This document shows positions 58,984 to 64,000 of a stretch of 64,000 nucleotides of DNA, piece after piece. The notes beneath the pieces were generated by a model. The model saw only the letters and a program-made list of their open reading frames with translations, was not told the origin of the DNA and did not search any database. Made by a program: the position numbers and the translations under genes. Source of the DNA: a virus (taxonomy: Duplodnaviria > Heunggongvirae > Uroviricota > Caudoviricetes). Every line of letters begins with the position of its first letter. Positions within the stretch are counted from its first letter, which is position 1. Where the stretch lies: positions 41,352 to 105,351 of the IMG/VR virus record IMGVR_UViG_3300031555_005503; one strand, written 5' to 3'.

Positions 58984-59589
58984 TTACCTCTTAATTTCTA
59001 TCTGACACATTTCCATAGCCTTAAGTGCATTTTCATGACTATCCGGAGTAACGCCAGCGCAACATGTCGCATCAACGCTAATTTTTGCTTCCGGCATAAA
59101 TGCTTTTAATAACATTGCATTAGATATAACGCAAATATCGGTACAAAGGCCAACAAGTTCAATCTCTACTCCACTACCATCTTTATTATCAATTACTGCC
59201 TGTATCACCTTTGCAAGATCTACTGAGCCAAATGTAGGCTTATTAATTGTATTGTTTTCGCCAATATAAGGTACAATTTCTGGATCAATAATTATAGTTT
59301 TTTTATACATCCAAGTACTTCTAATTGCTTTCTGTATATACCATCCTTCATTTACTTTTCCTGGCTCATAGATACAATGTGGCACCGGAAGATTTTTACC
59401 TTCCTGAATTTCCATATAATTAGGCCCATGTGTATCTTTTGTAAAAAGAATTAATGTTTCTTCGTTTGCTGCTTCAATTTTCTTGATTACATTAGGCACA
59501 ATTGCTTTAGCCTCTTCTGTTCCGAGAGCGCCGTCGATAAAATCATTCTGCATATCTACTACGATTAAAAATTTATTTAAATTATCCAT
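58984..59589 (-). CDS. nicotinamidase/isochorismatase-family hydrolase (PncA-like)
   Basis: LIVVDMQNDFIDGALG, K...TKDTH and the catalytic Cys region LVGLCTDICV. Confidence 0.6.
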   Translation of the reverse strand: MDNLNKFLIVVDMQNDFIDGALGTEEAKAIVPNVIKKIEAANEETLILFTKDTHGPNYMEIQEGKNLPVPHCIYEPGKVNEGWYIQKAIRSTWMYKKTIIIDPEIVPYIGENNTINKPTFGSVDLAKVIQAVIDNKDGSGVEIELVGLCTDICVISNAMLLKAFMPEAKISVDATCCAGVTPDSHENALKAMEMCQIEIKR

Positions 59590-59600
59590 TTTACATTCTC

Positions 59601-60236
59601 CTACAATTCCTTAAATTGTTTTAATAAATCAGCAAGGACAGGATCTTGCTTAGCATACATTTCATATATCTGTTCCTTTTGTAATTTAGCTACGCATTGA
59701 TCCATTTCATCTTGAATCTTTTTTCTTTTTTCAGCTTTATTAATACGCTCATAATACTCAGCTGTATCAATAACACCTTTGAGTTGTTTATGTGGCATAA
59801 TAGTATTGCCGTCGGCATTTTCTATAGATATAATTCTTATAATATTTACAATTTTATTTGAATCAGTAATACCTAATAATCTGTCTTCATCGAATTCACC
59901 ATCCAAATCATCATATAATGCAAAATTATATTCTTTGTCATAGTCTAAATATTTTACTGTTGCAATTTTATATCCAGGCTCTAGCATCATCTCTTCTTCC
60001 TCCTCATCTCTTATAGGTTCTAAATGTTCTTTATTGTAATAAAACCAGCCAAATTGACTGGAGTTATTACGTATTCCATCAACTTCAACTGCCAATCTTT
60101 TATTTCCCATTACCTTTTTAATAACACCTGTTTTGCCCAATGTTTTTAAATATGTATTACTATTAGTATAAGGAATAGATTTTATTCTTACTTTTACATT
60201 CATTTTATTTCTCCTACTTTGTATGCTTTTAATCAC
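59601..60236 (-). CDS. hypothetical protein
   Basis: 211-aa ORF. Confidence 0.4.
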   Translation of the reverse strand: MIKSIQSRRNKMNVKVRIKSIPYTNSNTYLKTLGKTGVIKKVMGNKRLAVEVDGIRNNSSQFGWFYYNKEHLEPIRDEEEEEMMLEPGYKIATVKYLDYDKEYNFALYDDLDGEFDEDRLLGITDSNKIVNIIRIISIENADGNTIMPHKQLKGVIDTAEYYERINKAEKRKKIQDEMDQCVAKLQKEQIYEMYAKQDPVLADLLKQFKEL

Positions 60237-60268
60237 AACCCCGTATTCGAGGCCATAATATTACCTCT

Positions 60269-60475
60269 TTAAAACGCCCTCCAATCTGACGGAGAATGTA
60301 TTTCCCAATCTGCAGGCATTTCACATAAACCACATTCATCATATTTATCTCTTAATGGGCAACTATTACAAGAATCTCTAAAACGATCACAAACATCTTT
60401 TATTACTTTTAATGCTTCAATAATTTCTTCAGTACTTCTAATATTGTTGTTATTTGCTCTCATAATCTTTACCAT
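60269..60475 (-). CDS. hypothetical Cys-rich small protein
   Basis: 68 aa with CDRFRDSCNSCP...CGLC. Confidence 0.35.
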   Translation of the reverse strand: MVKIMRANNNNIRSTEEIIEALKVIKDVCDRFRDSCNSCPLRDKYDECGLCEMPADWEIHSPSDWRAF

Positions 60476-60478
60476 CCT

Positions 60479-60970
60479 TTACAAATGCTCAATCTTTATT
60501 CTTTTTCTAATAAGCTTTTCTTCTTCAATTTCAAGTTGTTCGCGTTTGAATTTTTCAACTTTTTTCCAACGTTCATCTGAAATTTTATCAAGCCCCTGCT
60601 TCATTTCTTTTTCATTTTTAGCTTTAAACTCTTCTATATCCTTTTTAATATCATTAATTACTTCTTGCTGCGCTTTATATGCACGCATTTTTTCTTCACA
60701 TTTATCGAGTTTATATTTCCATATTTTATATTTAAAATAACTAATTAAACCAAAAGAAAAATTTGTTGTTTTATATATTACAATATGATTTCCTAAATAC
60801 CATTTGTCCGGATTTATTTTTCTTAAGTTCAAAAATCTATTAAATGAAATATGATTAGGATAATTATCATATTTTTGAAACCATTCCATAAAATATACAA
60901 AACTAAGAGCGATTATGGCAATAACGGTAACACCAGCTATAACCGATAGCCCAAACATAATGTCTTTCAT
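60479..60970 (-). CDS. membrane protein with coiled-coil C-terminus
   Basis: N-terminal TM helix GLSVIAGVTVIAIIALSFVYF. Confidence 0.4.
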   Translation of the reverse strand: MKDIMFGLSVIAGVTVIAIIALSFVYFMEWFQKYDNYPNHISFNRFLNLRKINPDKWYLGNHIVIYKTTNFSFGLISYFKYKIWKYKLDKCEEKMRAYKAQQEVINDIKKDIEEFKAKNEKEMKQGLDKISDERWKKVEKFKREQLEIEEEKLIRKRIKIEHL

Positions 60971-60984
60971 AACAACCTCCTATA

Positions 60985-61254
60985 TTAAGTAAGAAAATTC
61001 ATTAAATCGTCTTGACTAATTTTAATTTCAAATTCATCAGCCAATCCATCGATCATATGTTCATACCAATGCCAGTCTCTATTATCTTCTTTCATCCTAT
61101 AAACTCCACCATAACAATTATCACTACTAGCATTTATAATAGTCATCACTTGATCGCCATACTTATCCATAAGTCCAGAAGAATTTCTACCAGCTGCATA
61201 TCGCATACGTTCACGAGAAATTATTTTGACACGATCACCTACGTTAAATTTCAT
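60985..61254 (-). CDS. small-protein paralog family member (C-terminal ISQDDLMNFLT)
   Basis: Start refined to MKFNVGDRVKI, after AAAAGGAAAAGGTG. Confidence 0.45.
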   Translation of the reverse strand: MKFNVGDRVKIISRERMRYAAGRNSSGLMDKYGDQVMTIINASSDNCYGGVYRMKEDNRDWHWYEHMIDGLADEFEIKISQDDLMNFLT

Positions 61255-61369
61255 TTTTACACCTTTTCCTTTTATAGCCAAATTAAAAATCTTAATGAAA
61301 TAAATAATGTTAACACAACATATGTTAATAAAAAAAATGGCTAAAACAGTTGAATTAATGTTCGCCATT

Positions 61370-61945
61370 TTACGCCTCTATTAAAGCTAGCAATTCATTA
61401 CCATAATTTGATCGGTATGAGCTAAATAATCTCTCAATTATTTCTCTTTTTACATCTTCTTTTGTTGTACAGCTCATAAATTTCATATCAGCTAAACACT
61501 CTTTTAAGGTTGAATATTTTTCAATAGCTTTAACTTTTCCACTATATTGACCTCTTAAATAATCAAGTGCCTGATCATAATCAGTATCTTTGCTAACAAT
61601 ATAAATAAATTCAGTATTTTTATCAGTTAAAGCCGTTGCTACATCACATATAATTTTAAAATCTGTCGCATTAGATCCTACGTTTGAAACTATTTCACGT
61701 ATAACAGCTTTATTATTCTTTAATTTATTATTCATTTTATTACTATTTAGCATAGTTGCATGAGTAGAATCGGCATAAAAATTCACCTGAGTTGAATTAT
61801 CTAAAATAATCTCATTACCGAGATCATCATAGCTTGTATTATCAAGATCTATAAATATGTATTTAGTTATTGCAGGCAGATCTGCAATAAATTCATCCTT
61901 TTTAATTTTTTCAAATACATTATAAATCTCTTCTCGAACATTCAT
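61370..61945 (-). CDS. hypothetical protein
   Basis: 191-aa ORF. Confidence 0.4.
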   Translation of the reverse strand: MNVREEIYNVFEKIKKDEFIADLPAITKYIFIDLDNTSYDDLGNEIILDNSTQVNFYADSTHATMLNSNKMNNKLKNNKAVIREIVSNVGSNATDFKIICDVATALTDKNTEFIYIVSKDTDYDQALDYLRGQYSGKVKAIEKYSTLKECLADMKFMSCTTKEDVKREIIERLFSSYRSNYGNELLALIEA

Positions 61946-62641
61946 TTATTTTAGCTCCTCTATATTTTTATACATGAATTTAATTTTATCTATATTTTTA
62001 TCCGTATGATAATGTCCACAATACCATTTTTCATAATCCAGCTTTTCTTCCAAAGTTCCAAGCCATTCTTCAGTAGATTTATCTACTTTGGTTTGATCAA
62101 TACCAGGTAAAAATACTTCTACAGGTTCATATTTTAATGGACAGGTATGAGTCAAGATGCCGTCGAATTTCCAATTGGCAAAATTACATGTCTGTTCCAC
62201 ATATGATTTAATTTCATCTGACGGCTGTTCATTATCCCACCAATTACCTCTACCCATTAATCTATATTGTTTATCAACGCTATATGCTCCGCCAATGACA
62301 AGATATGCTTTACCATTTAATTTAAACACTTCTCCATCATCTGCAAAGAGTATATTAGGATAATCTTCTTCATACCATACTATTCCGCCATTAAAAACTT
62401 TTGTCTGATATGATGCAATTTCATAAGGTCTTTGTTCGTGATTTCCATGAATACATAATAATGTAATTGGAATATCATCTTGAATCATACTTTTAATTTG
62501 TTTATCTTTATAATCCATAAAATAATTGATACCTGCATCTCCCAAGATAATCATCACATCATCTTTTGTCGTTCCATTTTCATAACAAAATGTTTCGATC
62601 TCATGAAAATATCCATGCGTATCACCAGTTATATAAACCAT
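61946..62641 (-). CDS. metallophosphoesterase (Ser/Thr phosphatase-like)
   Basis: GDTHG, GDAG..Y and GNHE motifs. Confidence 0.65.
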   Translation of the reverse strand: MVYITGDTHGYFHEIETFCYENGTTKDDVMIILGDAGINYFMDYKDKQIKSMIQDDIPITLLCIHGNHEQRPYEIASYQTKVFNGGIVWYEEDYPNILFADDGEVFKLNGKAYLVIGGAYSVDKQYRLMGRGNWWDNEQPSDEIKSYVEQTCNFANWKFDGILTHTCPLKYEPVEVFLPGIDQTKVDKSTEEWLGTLEEKLDYEKWYCGHYHTDKNIDKIKFMYKNIEELK

Positions 62642-62653
62642 TTTTTTTACTCC

Positions 62654-62947
62654 TTATACATCAAGAAATTCTAATAAATCGTCTTGACTAATATTTACCT
62701 CACCGTCCGTCCAATCAATTGTATCGTAGCCAAATATAAATCCAGGTTCTTTGCCAATATTATCAGCAGGCACTCCTACAAAACCCATACTATTAGGGCC
62801 ACCTATTGCTCTAATATAGACATAAGAACCTCTGAGATTATAACATTTATCATCCACTATGTACGTCGAATACATTTCACCAAGTTGTATGTCATCTCTA
62901 ATACGAATTATATTTCCTTCCTTAAAATCAGGATGTTTAAATTTCAT
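62654..62947 (-). CDS. small-protein paralog family member (C-terminal ISQDDLLEFLDV)
   Basis: Shares N-terminal and C-terminal similarity with the 60985 ORF. Confidence 0.45.
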   Translation of the reverse strand: MKFKHPDFKEGNIIRIRDDIQLGEMYSTYIVDDKCYNLRGSYVYIRAIGGPNSMGFVGVPADNIGKEPGFIFGYDTIDWTDGEVNISQDDLLEFLDV

Positions 62948-62951
62948 ATTA

Positions 62952-63254
62952 TCACACTCCTAAAAAATTGAATAAATCACATATATCTATGGCAAGATCA
63001 GGGCTTAAAATGTTATATTCTGATAAATCAAACATCTCTGTGGTCCAAAACCAACCTCCTGCTTCTTTAACATAAAATTTCCCATTTAGACCTATCGCTG
63101 TTATAGTTACACGTTTTCCAGCAAACTTTACCATTTGAGGAGTCGCAAAATCAGCGGCAGTGTTATAATTTTCATATGTTTTTCCTTGCAAATCTGATCT
63201 TACTAACACTTTATCGCCCACTTCAGGCACAAGTAGACCTTTAATATATTTCAT
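62952..63254 (-). CDS. small-protein paralog family member (C-terminal ICDLFNFLGV)
   Basis: VGDKVLVRSD at the N-terminus and a DLxxFL C-terminus. Confidence 0.4.
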   Translation of the reverse strand: MKYIKGLLVPEVGDKVLVRSDLQGKTYENYNTAADFATPQMVKFAGKRVTITAIGLNGKFYVKEAGGWFWTTEMFDLSEYNILSPDLAIDICDLFNFLGV

Positions 63255-63497
63255 TTTTTAATTACCTCTTTTTTTTATATTCTCTAATCTAAATATTATT
63301 TGGATACCGAGAAGGCTGCTTAACGCGTGACGTCATCCGGAAGATTCCGGTGAGAAAGTTGTGTTATTTCGCATATGCGGATGGGCTCAGTGACCTGGAG
63401 ACCTGCGTGCTCCTTCCTGGTTATTTATGAACAATTCGAAAACTCTGATTACACCAAGAGCTGTTTTTTAAAAAAACAATGCATTAGAAAATATTAA

Positions 63498-63899
63498 TTA
63501 TATATTTAAAAAATTCATTAAACTGTTTTGATATATTACCATTTTAGGCACTTTTTCAAATTCAATATCTGTAAATAGATAGTCTGTAATCTCAGTCCCA
63601 TTGTCTAAACTACTACTTCCATCGCAGTGAATATGCAGTATTCCATCACAATCTTCTGCACAATAAATAGAAACCCACTCATTAAATTCAAACTCAAATA
63701 CTTCTCTTTCTTTAACCCTTTTTAAATCGTCTAAGAGCGTGGAATTTGAATATACTGTTATATCTAAAAAACTTTCTAAATATAACATTGTTTGCAGAAA
63801 CTCTTCTCTTGTCTCACATATTATTCCAATGGCTTCTGGGTTTGTCCAATGTAATAAAAATCTATTAATATCAAATTTAATTTTTTCTCCGACTGCCAT
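63498..63899 (-). CDS. hypothetical protein, distant paralog-family member (C-terminal LMNFLNI)
   Basis: 133-aa ORF. Confidence 0.4.
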   Translation of the reverse strand: MAVGEKIKFDINRFLLHWTNPEAIGIICETREEFLQTMLYLESFLDITVYSNSTLLDDLKRVKEREVFEFEFNEWVSIYCAEDCDGILHIHCDGSSSLDNGTEITDYLFTDIEFEKVPKMVIYQNSLMNFLNI

Positions 63900-63926
63900 A
63901 ACTAAAATCTCCTTATTGTTTAAATT

Positions 63927-64000
63927 TTATTGATCTAAGAAAGAAAATAAATCTTGAGAAGAGATATTTATTTCCATTACAGGTTCTAACATTTGATCAT
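63927..64000 (-). CDS. 3' end of another paralog-family gene (C-terminal ISSQDLFSFLDQ); 5' end outside window
   Basis: The reverse-strand frame ends ...MEINISSQDLFSFLDQ followed by a stop. Confidence 0.35.
   Translation of the reverse strand, partial: DQMLEPVMEINISSQDLFSFLDQ

Noticed and set aside
63300-63440. tRNA gene in the GC-rich island
   Set aside because: No cloverleaf can be drawn, and neither strand has a T-loop GTTCGA/ATCC or an acceptor-stem pairing

Overview
AT-rich, gene-dense window that reads as part of a large temperate tailed phage or prophage of a low-GC Firmicute (Clostridium/Bacillus-like codon usage). Protein calls rest on motifs I recognise by eye, not on database searches.

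Layout, left to right:
(1) 1-5.7 kb, + strand: a 5'-truncated beta-CASP MBL-fold nuclease, a hypothetical protein, a 789-aa protein carrying a TP901-type tape-measure core, a GC-rich structured RNA whose P/R/S elements match a group I intron core, then a holin and a CHAP endolysin closed by intrinsic terminators.
(2) 5.7-6.5 kb, - strand: a two-gene moron-like insert.
(3) 6.6-22.9 kb, + strand: a canonical siphovirus distal-tail operon. It runs a 2203-aa tape measure with tandem coiled-coil repeats, Dit, Tal, several small proteins and a 692-aa putative fibre/receptor-binding protein, and ends in a strong terminator.
(4) 22.9-24.4 kb: an attP-like repeat region and a tyrosine integrase on the - strand.
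(5) 24.6-64 kb, - strand: a long early/replication arm.

The - strand arm carries nucleotide metabolism genes: dUTPase, a class II ribonucleotide reductase, a 5'-nucleotidase, a guanylate-kinase-like protein, a divergent ThyX-like protein and a PAPS-reductase-like protein. It also carries an SPFH protein, a circularly permuted C5 DNA methyltransferase, an ERCC4-like nuclease and a replisome (DnaE/PolIII-alpha, Cas4-like nuclease, primase, DnaB helicase, recombination ATPase). Beyond that lies a host-takeover and anti-defence island of small genes.

The main systems in the island are:
- a NAD+ reconstitution/salvage cluster: nicotinamidase, a Prs/Adps-like pyrophosphokinase, a Nampt/Namat-like phosphoribosyltransferase, a HAD-NadE fusion, plus a nearby HAD hydrolase and P-loop kinase;
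- an orphan MazF/EndoA-family toxin with its own extended -10 promoter;
- a Lar-family restriction-alleviation protein inside a translationally coupled micro-operon;
- an HslV-like Ntn peptidase;
- a multi-copy paralogous small-protein family.

No rRNA, tRNA or CRISPR array was found.
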